DNA of 64,000 nt from Cenococcum geophilum (Eukaryota). Made by a program: the position numbers and the translations under genes. The first letter of the stretch is position 1. The number at the start of each line of letters is the position of its first letter. The stretch is from assembly GCA_050273025.1 (NCBI GenBank), contig CP158636.1:10478001-10542000 (forward strand), in the 5' to 3' direction. Of the stretch, positions 52,515 through 64,000 are shown piece by piece. Under the pieces are notes generated by a model. It searched no databases. It had not been told where the DNA came from and worked only from the letters and a program-made list of their open reading frames with translations.

Positions 52515-53879
52515 TAGGAAGCCACGGCTAGTCTATTTAACCTTATAAGACCTTTAAAAATAATTACCGCTAGGGGGTTATTAAAGCGGTTACTATATAA
52601 GACCCTATAAAAAATAAAGGAGTTAGAGATATAATTAAGATAAGTATATTAAAATTACTAAGAATAATTATAAGGATAATTAGAAGAAGTATAGACACCC
52701 TAAACACAAAGCGGACTTAAAGGGGTAATACCATACTATACTATAATATTAGAAACCCCTAAATTCCGTATAAAGGAACCTAATAAGTATAATAGTAATA
52801 GTCTCCGGAACTATAATTGTTTTATCTATTAATATAAAACTAGGTTTTAGCTAAACCCAAAACGTTACTTTAACGAGTATAATTAGATACTAATTACTTC
52901 TACCTTCCTATATAGCACTATTAAGAGTTTATAAACACGCTATAAAAAGAAACTTATTACACCTTTTAAATTTAGCGAACTTAAGTCCTAGTTAGTTGAT
53001 TAGGTCTAAAACCCTACTAATTAAGGGATGGATTATAACTAGTAATACCATAATACTAAATAGCAAGAAGGCTAGAGTGTAGTCTAGTTTATAAACTACT
53101 TAGAAGAGCTAAAAGATAATATACCCTACTTAAACATATAGGATAACGCTATATAACTTTACTAGCTACTTACTAAGTTATAACTTAAGATTTAACAGGC
53201 TATATAAGAGAAGGGTAAAATTCCTACCTCTTAAGAAAAGCTTATCTCTAAAGCTACTTAAATTAAAAATGCTAAAAGAGACTATTTAGGCAAGTAAAAG
53301 GAATAAATTACTAATAATAAAGAGTATAGGACTAGACTTAGCTTTAAGAATAGGGGCAGATTCTAACCTAACTGCTCTATAGAAGAATAATATAAGTAGG
53401 CTTCGCAGCCCTAGAGTAACGCTAGTTAACCCTAGAATAATAATAGGCAGAAACCCAATCTAAATAAGTTATACGTCTATTATAACTATAGTAAAAAGGG
53501 CTATATAAAGCGCTTCTACTAATAAAAGAAGTAAGAGTTAGCTTAATTAGGAAAAGAGAGAACCTAGTAGATCTTTACTCCTTTATACTAGGCTAGTAAG
53601 AGAAGGAGGGAGTAAGCTACCGTATAGTTATTCCTGTCTCCCTTTAAGTTAATAATAAATAGGTAATGTAAGACTGCCTTATAGACAGTAGCGTAACTAT
53701 AGGGTTTATCTCTTAATTACTAGTAAAAGAATTAGATTTAGACCTTAGCGGCTTATAGGTGCGCACTATTTAAAGCATTAGAGGCTACTAGATTCTATAT
53801 TATAGGGAGTAGACTTTTCCTATAGCTAGTTAGGACTATAATAGTTAATAGGACACGTAGGAGATGCGCTTCTATACTA
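52515..53879 (+). mobile_element. Gypsy family D, continuation: gag and protease
   Basis: KFR.KEP.KY...SLRNY..FI (~52760), CCHC CYNCGKKGH..RFC (~53478, RIPped) and protease IDS.V (IDSGA, ~53681). Cut by the LTR starting at 53880. Confidence 0.85.
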
Positions 53880-56800
53880 TATAACGAAGCCTTGTAGTAA
53901 GAACTACGGTAGACTTATTAATGGGCTAGGTATGTAGGTAAACAAGAAGTTAACAACGTAAATATAACTAGTAGAGTAGTTACCTAATAAATTAACTCTA
54001 ATTATATTCTAAGATTTACTATAAGGAAAGAGAACTATTTAGGTAGGGACTATAGTCCTTTAAATATATAATACTGCGCCTAAGAAATGTACTAAGTACG
54101 TCGGTATATTAGTACGTTGGTACGTCGCATGTTCCTACGTTCCCACACTCCTATATTCCAAACTTATAACGTAACTAGCTATATAACTTAGCTACCCTTT
54201 ATCCCATAGCTTAACTAATTCTAGCTCCTCCTAAACTTCCACCACTAGTTTATTTATGTCTTTTTTTAGTAGTGCTACTACTGCTAATATAAGGTCCGTA
54301 ATACTATCCCCCTCCTCTTTATCTTTATCCTTAAAGATATCTTTTATCTTTAAGTTGTCTATTAAAGGTATAGCATTCCCATCTTTAATTTAATAACCTT
54401 TATTATTCCTAATACCTTCTATTAGATCTTCTGCGTCTAACCGTTATAATTAGCTAGTAACTACTATATTGTCGCTTAGTAAAGTTATACCATCCTATTC
54501 TCGTTATATAAAGAAGAAGTTAGTATATATTATAATCGCGGCTCCGTCTAGTTACTAACCTTCTTTCTGTACTAAGTATACGCGAGTGAATATAAGGTCG
54601 TCTTATAATGTTCGGTCCGTCTCTAACGCGTTTTATAATTTTTATAATTATCTTATACCTTATCTAATTTGCTATAGGGTCTTAGATCTAATCCGCTGCT
54701 AAGATATTAAAAGACTAACTCTTTACTGCCCTAGCTAATATTTAGAAACTTTAAGATAATAGGGAGCAGATTTGTGCTAAAGAGTAAAAAGTGTTTAAGG
54801 CCTAACTGGCTACTTATACTCGGTTGCTCTATCTTAAAAAGGGTTATAAAAAGGTTCGTTTAAAAGAACTTCGTCTAGTAAAGTAAGGTCTCTCTAGGCT
54901 TAAGGCTAAGGAGGCTAAAAAGGATTTTAATTAAGAAGAGGCGGAAATAGCTTATACGCTAGTAGTAGATCCCTTAAATAATCCGGCTCGTCTATTACCT
55001 TTAACTAATTCTTTCGTCTTTAGCTCCTTTTTAATATTACCTAACCTATTTTCTTTTAATACTCCTATACCTTTTCTATAGCATTTTTTAAGTTCTATAG
55101 TGGCTCCTAGGTAGTCTTATTATAGCCTACCTACTTTACCTTATACTATATTTTATTATTAATATCCTTATAACTAATAATCTTTAAAACTTACTATTTG
55201 TTTTCCTCTTATCCTTTATACGTGTCTACTTTATAAACTAGTAGCTCTGCGTCTTTATACGCCAGCTTTAGTATCGCGATATACTGTATAGGGTAAATTT
55301 TTATCTTTATTGGTAAGTTAAGTCTATACGTAACTTCTAAAATTTTAACTACGATTTTAAATAGTCCTAGTCTAACATAATCTAACTTCTTACTTAGTCG
55401 TTAACTCGTGAAAATTTTATATAATAGCTATACTTTATCCCCCTCCTTAAGATCTAGTCCCTTAGATCTCTTAGTATTATAGTACTTTTTTATATTTTTT
55501 AATACTACTTTTACTATAAAATAGAGGTCCTTATAAGGATTTATTAGAGTGTTTATCCTTTACTTAACTATACCACTTATTTTCTTTACTTATTATAGTA
55601 ATAATAATATTCTAGGCTTATGCCTATAATTTGCTTAAAATGGTAATATCTCTATAGCTTTCTATAGTGTTACGTTATATGCGAACTATATAACTAGTAA
55701 TAGCAATACCTAATTATTTTATGTATAATTAATATAATGCTTTAAATACTACTCTAGTATCTAGTTTAATCTTTCTGTCTGTCCATCTATCTGCGGATAA
55801 TATACTATTAATATTACTACGCAAACCCCTTATTCCGCTAAAAATACCTCCTAAAATTCTGCTATAAATCTTAAATCTCTATCTAATATAATTTTACTTA
55901 GTGCTCTATATCTTATAAATACATCCTTAATATAGATTCTAGCGATATTTTCTGCTAAGATTTCTTCTATATATACTATAAAGTAGCCCTATTTAGTTAC
56001 TTTATTTACTATTACTAAGATTATATTATATTCTTATCTGGTAATAGGATCTCTTAACTTTAGTAACTTTATAATAAAGTCTTATAATATAACTTCCTAT
56101 AGTCTTTCTAGCATTTTAATAGGCTGTAGCTCTCTATACGGCTTATACCTTATCGGCTTATTCTTTTAGTAATCTAGGTATTCTTTAGTAACTCTTCTTA
56201 CTAGTCTTTAGATTCTATAAATAATATACTCCTTTTAGAGTCTTTTCTTAGTATTATCCCTAATTGTTTCTTATTATTCTATAGTTTAGCCTTTCTACTT
56301 AGCGCGTTAGCTATTACATTGTTAATGCCCTTAATATACTAAATCTTAAAATAGTATTTTATAAGTATCTCTACCTATCTAACCTATCTTTAGTTAAGTT
56401 CTTTTATTATTGGAAACCCCGTTAGGTTCTTATAATCTATTTTAACTATAAATAGTTTCTCCGTGCCTTATAAAAACACTCTCTATTCCTTAAGTACTAT
56501 AACTATACCTAATAACTCCTTATTATAGATGTTAGAGTTTAACTCTAGTAGTATTATCTTTTAACTATAATATGCCACTAAATACTATACGTTCCTATAC
56601 TTTTATAGTAAATATACTCCTAATATAAAGTCTAATATATCTATCTCTACAACCGTTTCTAACCTTAGTTAATAGATTTTAAGGATTAGTTCCTAGGTAA
56701 ACAATTCCTTAAATTCCTTAAATAACTTCCTTTATTCCTCGTTCTATACCTATAGTTCCTCTTTCTTTATAAGCCTAGTAAAGGGTTTAATATTCTTAAC

Positions 56801-58501
56801 TACTATATTATAAACCTTCTATAGTAGTTATAAAACCCTAGAAATAATCTTAATTATATTACATTCTCTAGTTTTTACTAACTTACTATAGCTTAAATTT
56901 TCTTTAGGTCTATACTAATATAACCTAGTTTAATAATAAATCTAACAAAATCTATCTTCCTTATAAAGATCTTATATTTCTTAATTACTACTAGTATCTA
57001 TTCTTCTTATAGTCTCTTTAAAACCTATTTAACGTGTTCTCTATATTCTTCCTTAGTTATTAAGTAGATAATAATATCGTTAAGGTACGCTATAATAAAC
57101 TTATTAAGGTGTTCTCCTAATATATTGTTAATTTACTTCTAAAACGTTACTAGTGCGTTTATAAATCCAAATTATATAACCAATAGTTTATATAGTCCTT
57201 CCTTTAACCTAAAGGCTGCCTTCTATTTATCGCCTTCCTTAATCCTAATCTAATAGTATGCCTATCTTAGATCTATCTTTATAAAGATTTACGCATTACC
57301 TATCCGGTCCTAAATTTCACTAATTAAGAGTAAAGGATACCTATCCTTTTTAGTAATGCTATTTAACTGCCTATAGTTAATACATAGTCTAAGCTTTCCA
57401 TTTTTCTTTAGTATAAATAGTACTAGATAACCTACTAATAACTATAATGGTCTAATATATCCCTTTTATAGATTTTCTTAAACAAACTCCTTAAGTACTC
57501 TACCTTTCTCTTCGGTAAGTTTATAAATTAAAAAGAAGCTTAAACTTATTTCTAGTTCCAACTCTATTTTATAGTTCTATACTATATATTCTAATAGCTT
57601 TTTACTTTTTAGTAAGTATAGTTTCTTACTATACTTATAGTATCTCTTTAGTATATAACTTAAGCCTTACTTAGTCTCTTTATATATTACTCCGACTTAG
57701 TACTATACTAACTTAGTTTATTATCGCATTTTACGTTATTAGTATCCCTAATATTAACCTAACCTATAACCTAATTAATTCTTAGATTATATTCCTATAA
57801 TTAAGGCATTTCTAATACTGCCTTATTTTTTCCTAATAGTAGGATATTAAAAGATATCTTAATTTATCTTCCTTTAATAGTTATTTATATAGGTCCTATT
57901 TTAAGATTAATAATGCCTCCTCTATAGGCTATCGGATCTCCTAAAATTATTACTAGCAGGTAAAGATACTCCTTTTATCTATGCGGTAACCCCATCCGTT
58001 TTACTACTACTAGTAAGATATAATTTCTTATTACGCCACTATCTATTAGTGCTTTAAACTTTTAATCTTACCAATTAACTTATAAATTTAGGTGCTGTTT
58101 TTAAATTCCTTTAAAGGTCTAAGGCTCTACTATTGGTTCTCTCTAGTTCTGTAGGCCTCGCCTTTTCCTAACTATTAGCTGCTTAATCCTATTATACTTA
58201 GCTTACTTTTTAGCTAATACCTAGTTCGCTTTTTATCCTTAATATACTATAGATATATATTTTTTGGGCACTCCTACTATTATTATCTATCTAAGTATTC
58301 TTCCGTAAGGAATCTTTCTGGTTAAAATATTAAGTCTCCTAACTCCTAAACTTCTATTAAATGCCAGCCGTGTATATACTTAGCATTTTTATACTATCGC
58401 TCCTCTAGCGCCTAATATATTCTTATAGGGTACTTCTAATTCTTTTCCTTTGGATTCTTGTATATGTTATATATATTATCTATATATACAATCTATACCA
58501 A
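53880..58501 (-). mobile_element. Gypsy family A-related chromovirus in reverse orientation (3' LTR 53880-54303, pol, end of gag)
   Basis: Reverse complement aligns with 1-3866. Protease ALIDSG at ~58040, RT YLND at ~57080, an internal deletion near 56260, and a PPT at 54304-54317. Cut at 58502 by a family B copy. Confidence 0.93.
54412..55050 (+). pseudogene. Antisense Cys6/coiled-coil accessory ORF (third copy)
   Basis: Reads IPSIRSSASNRYN*LVTTILSLSKVIPSYSRYIKKKLVYIIIAAPSSY*PSFCTKYTRVNIRSSYNVRSVSNA, then a later LKKGYKKVRLKELRL..EAKKDFN*EEAEIA segment. Confidence 0.65.
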
Positions 58502-59275
58502 TATTAGGTGAAACCCTAAGTAGATAGTTATATAGCTGCAAGGTATAGGCGACCCTGGGGCGACCTAGGGGTAACTCGCCTATAAGGCACGTGCAGAGCA
58601 CGTGCCTAGGGAAAACCCTTCCTTACCTCGCATACAGACTCCTCCTTTTCCCTTAAGGATTCGTCTGTCTATACAATATACCCTATTGTTCTATTATTAG
58701 ACTCCCTATCTACATTTTTACCTTATATTTAAATCTTTACCAATCCCCTTAAGAGGATAGCCGGTTCAATTTTTCTATAATACCTCTAAAAAGAAAACCG
58801 ACGCCTACACCTAATGGTAATACGCTAGTAATATAACTGCCAAACGCCTTAGGATCTAGTGCAGACGAAACCGCTAGAAGTATGCTAGTAGAATTTAAGC
58901 CACCTTCCGAACCTTAAAATGATTAGACATCTATAAATGCTGGAGACTAGTTTAACTTATATACCTGGGCTTAAAAAGAGCTTAGTAAGGTTACTAGCGT
59001 CCTACTAAATACTACTAATATAAAGGAGCTAGATAAGCTGGCTAAGAAAATAGCTAACTTGCGGAGTATTATTAATTTAATAAAGCCCTCCCGTTGACTT
59101 TTTAATAAAGAGTATAAGTTATATAGCAAACGTATACGCCAAATAAATCTTAATGCCTTAGTTAAGAAGTTACCACCCAATATTAGCGGTACTACTTAAT
59201 AGCATTTTAACCGATAGATTGCTGTAGTTAAGAACCAATTTAAGGTTAATAACGCTGACTATAACTGCGAGTAAC
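58502..59275 (+). mobile_element. Second copy of Gypsy family B: 5' LTR (58502-58726) and gag start
   Basis: Reverse complement of ~21270-22040. Interrupted at 59276. Confidence 0.93.
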
Positions 59276-62200
59276 TGTAACGGGACTAGCCCAGTTATAG
59301 TAGGAATGTCTCGGTAAAACACTTAATAGATAAATTCCGACGCTTTGACCAAATTCTGCCAGACTAATTAAATTCTACCGAAGTCCGTTAAAGACCGCGT
59401 GCGTATATGCGCACATATCGACCACTAAGCCCCTAACTATTTAATTATATAATTCTCTTATTATTCCCTTCTCTTCTTTACACAACGTCTTGTTCTTAGC
59501 GAGAGCTATATACCCTTAGATTTAGATAGAATTTATATTATTCCTTTAAATCTTCCCTAAAGTCTCTTTACACCCTTATATTATGTTGCGTTAAAACAAC
59601 TACTATTAAAATAGTAAACGAACTCGAACCTACTGCGTTAACTATGAGTATTATAGTCCTAGTTAGGGAACAGTTAACTATAATATAACAGTCCTTTATA
59701 GATACTTTGGCCCAATAGTAAGCGATATTAGAATCTTAGCACTAGTAATTAATGGGAGCAATCCGCGAAGAACTCTGTAACCTTAAAGTACTTACGTTAG
59801 AGACCCTAATAGTAACACCTATAAATAAAAATAAAATAATTATATATAAACCCGGCCTGTTAAATATAAACCCTAAACTAGTAATAGTAGCTTAACCTAT
59901 ACCTATAATAAACCCAGTACCTACTACGAAATCTAAAAAGCTCCCTAACCCTCTAATATTTAATGGAAATTAAAATAACCTACGTCCCTTTATAACTAAG
60001 CTCTATCTTAAACTTTTAATAAACTATAACTAATACCCTACTAAAGCTAGTAAGATTAGCTATAGAATATCTTATTTAAGTAAAGACGCTACATAAACTA
60101 TGGACCTATTCTTCTATAATGGCACCTTTATCTCTCTATTAGAACGAATATATAATAATACTAGCCGCGAATACCTAGCTGTTACTAAACTTAAAAACCT
60201 ATAATAACGGAACCGAGACTTTACCAGCTTCTTTTCGGAATTTTTAGGCCTTATTAGTAAACTAGATTAGAATAAAGCCGTTAGAGTTGCTGCTCTCCAT
60301 TAAGCTATTTTAGATAAAATTAGAGTATAATTAGTAGGTAGAGAACTGCCAAAGGACTTACCCAAATTTGCTATAATGTGTTAACAAATTAATAAAGACC
60401 TTTAATATAACAAACAGACTTATTCCCTAAAACTAACTATACCTCGCGTTTAAAACTCTATAAAACTAGTATATACCCTAAAGCGGAATCCGTCTCTAAG
60501 ACCTAAAAGCCCTATATATAACCCTATAGACCTTAATACTACCTAATCCTATATATCCTTAGGAACTAATAAATGAAGAACTTAAGCCGTAAATGGAGAA
60601 TGCTTTAGATGCGGTAAAAAGGGATATATTTAAAGGAACTATTAAACTTACCCTTTTAAAAAGGTCCGCCGTAGTTCCTCCCAATCCTTAAATTATACCT
60701 ATTTTATAAATTATACCCAGTCGCTATAAAGCATCTCGCCTTTAGTTAATTTAGAAAACAAATTATCCTAGGGCTAAGTTGCGCCTTAGGATAAGAAGTG
60801 GAAGAGCATAAGTATTTAGGCTCTTTTAGCACTAATATATAACACAACTCCCTTAATATACTTAGCAAAATTTAAATACTTAAAAAATGGAAGAAAGTAC
60901 GAATCCTTATAGACAGCGGAGCTACTAGTATAGGCTTTATTAATATAAACTACGCGAAAACTTAACGCTTAAATTTAAAGAAACTTAGTAAGCCCTAGGG
61001 CCTATAAGCCTTTAATAGTAAGCCTTTAATATACGGCGAACTAATGTACTACGCTCTTATAAAGATATAAATAGGCAAATACCTTAAATATATTTCCCTA
61101 TTTATAACACCCTTAAAGCATTATAAGGTAATACTTGGATATAAATAGCTAAAATAATATAACCTTTTAATTGGCTAGGTTAAAGAAATACTAAAATTCC
61201 GTATAACCTACTGCTAAAGTTATTACTTAAAATACTACTTACCCTATAAATATGCACATAACTATTTAAATTTAATATAATATAAATTGCCCTTATTATA
61301 AACCTTAAACCAATATAATAAAGTTATAACTGCTAATCGCGGTAAAGAATGTAAAGATAATATATTAAAACCCCTTAAAATTTATATAATATAAGCCGCA
61401 TCCTTTTATTTATTAGTAAGAAAACGAGATTATAAGATCTTTACTATAATACTAAAAAATATTAAGAAGGCGTTAGAACTAAAGCAATATATTAACCCCT
61501 AACCTCTTATACCTAAAGAATATCATAATCTAATTAATACGTTTAAAAAATAATTCGCAGACCAACTACCCCCGTATTAGGATGAGCACGATTTTAAGAT
61601 AGAACTTAAACCTAGTATAATGCTAAAGTTTGGCCTATTATACGGTATATCGCGAGAAGAGCTGCTTATAATATAATAATACCTTAAAGAGCACCTAGAG
61701 AAAGGATTTATTCGCCCTAGTTAATTACTATTCGCCTTACCTATACTATTTGTTAAGAAACCTAAAGGAGGCTTAAGGTTTTGTATTAATTATTAAGCCC
61801 TAAATATAATTACAATTTAAAACTAATATCTAATTCCCCTGCTTTAAGAAATGCTTAACTACTTAGTAAAAGCATAATACTTTATAAAGCTTAACGTAGT
61901 CGCTGCCTTTAATTAAATCTATATTTATAAAGGAGATAAGAAATATATAGCTTTTTATATATAATAGGGACTTTTTAAATACCTAGTAATGCTATTTAGT
62001 GTAAAGAACGGCCTAAGTAAGTTTTAGTAATATATTAATAATACACTTTACGAATTCTTTAATATATTTATTACCGCGTATATTAATAATATCTTAATCT
62101 ATTTATCTTTACTTTTTAAGCATTAAAAGTATATCTAAATAGTCCTTAAACGCTTATAAGACGCGGGCTTATAATGCGATATTAAGAAATACAAGTTCTA

Positions 62201-64000
62201 TGCGTCTAAAGTTACGTACTTAGGCCTAATTATATCCTATAACTGTAAGAGTATATATATTAGGTCCCGCCGCGCTTACGACAAGTTCGTAAGCACTCTC
62301 AGTCTTTTTGGCCGTATGGCGACGTGGAGGCGGGCCACGTTACAATTGTGCTTGCGAATTTACTGGGGCCAGGTATCATGGATTCGATCCCTATTGGTTA
62401 CTTCGCTCTAGTATAGTCTAACGCGCATTCGTGCGATAAGGCGTTGGTGGAGATTCCGATTGCTTACGTTACTAGGGACTAACTAATATGGTGATACTCT
62501 TGGCGTTTGATCCCTGTGGAGGCCTAAACGGGCGTATAGAGGAATCCCTGCGAGCGCTCGGGGACGAGCGCGCAGAGGAGAGGGCAATTGTAAGAGTATA
62601 TATATTAGGTCCCGCCGCGCTTGCGACAAGTTCGCAAGCACTCTTAGTCTTTTTGGCCGTATGGCGACGTGGAGGCGGGCCACGTTACAATAACGGAATT
62701 AAAATAAACCCTAAGAAAATTGCTGCAATTGTAAACTAGGAAAGTCCTAATAATATATAAGACATTTAAGGATTTCTAGGATTTGCAAATTTCTATTATT
62801 AATTTATTAATTACTTCTTAAAAATTATTTAGCTATTAATAAACTTAATAAGGAAGAATATAAGATTTAAATGGACTACTAAATATAAATAAGCTTTTAA
62901 TAACCTAAAATATTATTTTATAACTGCTCTAATTCTCGCCTACTTTAATCTGGACCTTAAATATATCGTTAAAATAGACTTGTCTAATTATACACTAGGA
63001 GGAGTATTATCGCAATATAATAAAAACGACGAGCTGCGCCTAGTAGCCTTTCTCTTCTAGAAACTTACCTCTACTAAATTAAACTATAAGATATATAATA
63101 AAGAACTACTTATAATCGTTAGATACTTTAAACAATGGCGTCTAAAACTTAAAGGATTGTTATTTTTAATACGCGTATTAACGGACTATAAAAACCTATA
63201 GTACTTTATAACTATAAAGCAATTAATATAACGCTAAATTCGTTAGGCCGAATACCTCTTATAATTCGACTTTAAGATTATGTACTAACCTAGTAAACTT
63301 AATTAGAAGCCTAACTTATTAATATAATAATTATAAAACTTATCTATAAACGCCTCTAACAAACAAATTATAAATTAATTATAAATCCTACTGCCCCCTA
63401 AACGCTTTAAGAAACTACGCCCTATATTTTTAAACGCGGAGCTTAATAGGAATAAGTTAGAAATTAATAAGTGGGATATAGAAATTAATAAATTAATAGA
63501 GCACAAATATAAGAACGACCCCTAGATAGCAGATATAAGAAAAGCAATTTAAATAGGAAAACGGTAATATAAGGATATTACACACACTAAATGCGAAATC
63601 CGTAATAATTGGTTGTACTATTAATAGAAGATAGTAGTCCTAAATTCCGAACCCTTATAATTTAAGATACTTAAATTTATATATAATTCCCCTATAGTAG
63701 GGCATCCCGGCTATATAAAGACCTATAAGATTATCTAATAAGTATATTACTAGCCTATAATGCGCGACTATATACGAAAATACGTTTAAGTATACGAAAT
63801 ATACGTATATAGGAAAACCTCTTATATAAAGAAGTAAGGAGTACTTTAACCGTTGCTAATTCCAATATAAAGATAGCAAGATATCTTAATTAACTTTATA
63901 GTTAACCTGCCTAATAGTAATAGGTTTACGAATATTATAGTAGTTGTTAACCATTTTATAAAAATACGATATATAATTCCTATAGACTTAATTAATACAA
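59276..64000 (+). mobile_element. Ty3/Gypsy element (family E): 5' LTR, gag, PR, RT, RNase H, integrase start
   Basis: Starts TGTAACGGG. gag KKLP.P..F.GN (~59935), ECFRCGKKG (~60598), IDSGA (~60909), LFVKKP.GGLRFCI.Y (~61750), AYINNI (YIDD, ~62080), RNase H and integrase zinc finger GHPG (~63700). Runs off the window. Confidence 0.93.
62244..62689 (+). mobile_element. TRIM (terminal-repeat retrotransposon in miniature), 446 bp
   Basis: 101-bp LTRs TGTAAG...GTTACA at 62244-62344 and 62589-62689, a 244-bp non-coding interior, PPT GAGGAGAGGGCAAT, and the 5-bp TSD ATAAC. Confidence 0.95.

Noticed and set aside
62379..62391. tRNA B-box-like GGATTCGATCCC inside the TRIM
   Set aside because: No convincing A-box or cloverleaf was seen; a tRNAscan/Infernal hit would be needed.

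Overview
Heterochromatin-type, transposon-saturated DNA from a filamentous ascomycete. Almost everything is heavily RIP-mutated (TpA excess; Gln/Trp/Arg codons turned into TAA/TAG), so the supplied ORF track is mostly spurious. The genes below were read by hand-translating through RIP-type stops. The dominant structure is a 38.4-kb DNA transposon (14083-52514) bounded by 26-bp TIRs (CGTCAGGAAAAAATTTACYAGCATTT). After removing three younger nested retroelements it is about 19.4 kb. It encodes a Plavaka (CACTA/EnSpm-related) transposase and a DUF6532-like gene. It also carries two large divergently transcribed cargo genes: a SNF2-family ATPase, and a ~1356-codon protein with six CCHC zinc knuckles, a UPF1-like SF1 helicase and an acidic Gly/Trp tail. 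Two further unidentified frames lie inside it. Around it are nested Ty3/Gypsy chromoviruses (three copies carrying an antisense Cys6-type ORF), Tad1-like LINEs, solo LTRs, a gag-only LTR element, a 446-bp TRIM with a self-priming-type PBS, and a non-RIPped island holding a disrupted KIN1-like kinase paralogue. No intact protein-coding gene, rRNA, tRNA or CRISPR is supported. Domain names come from motif recall, not from database searches.
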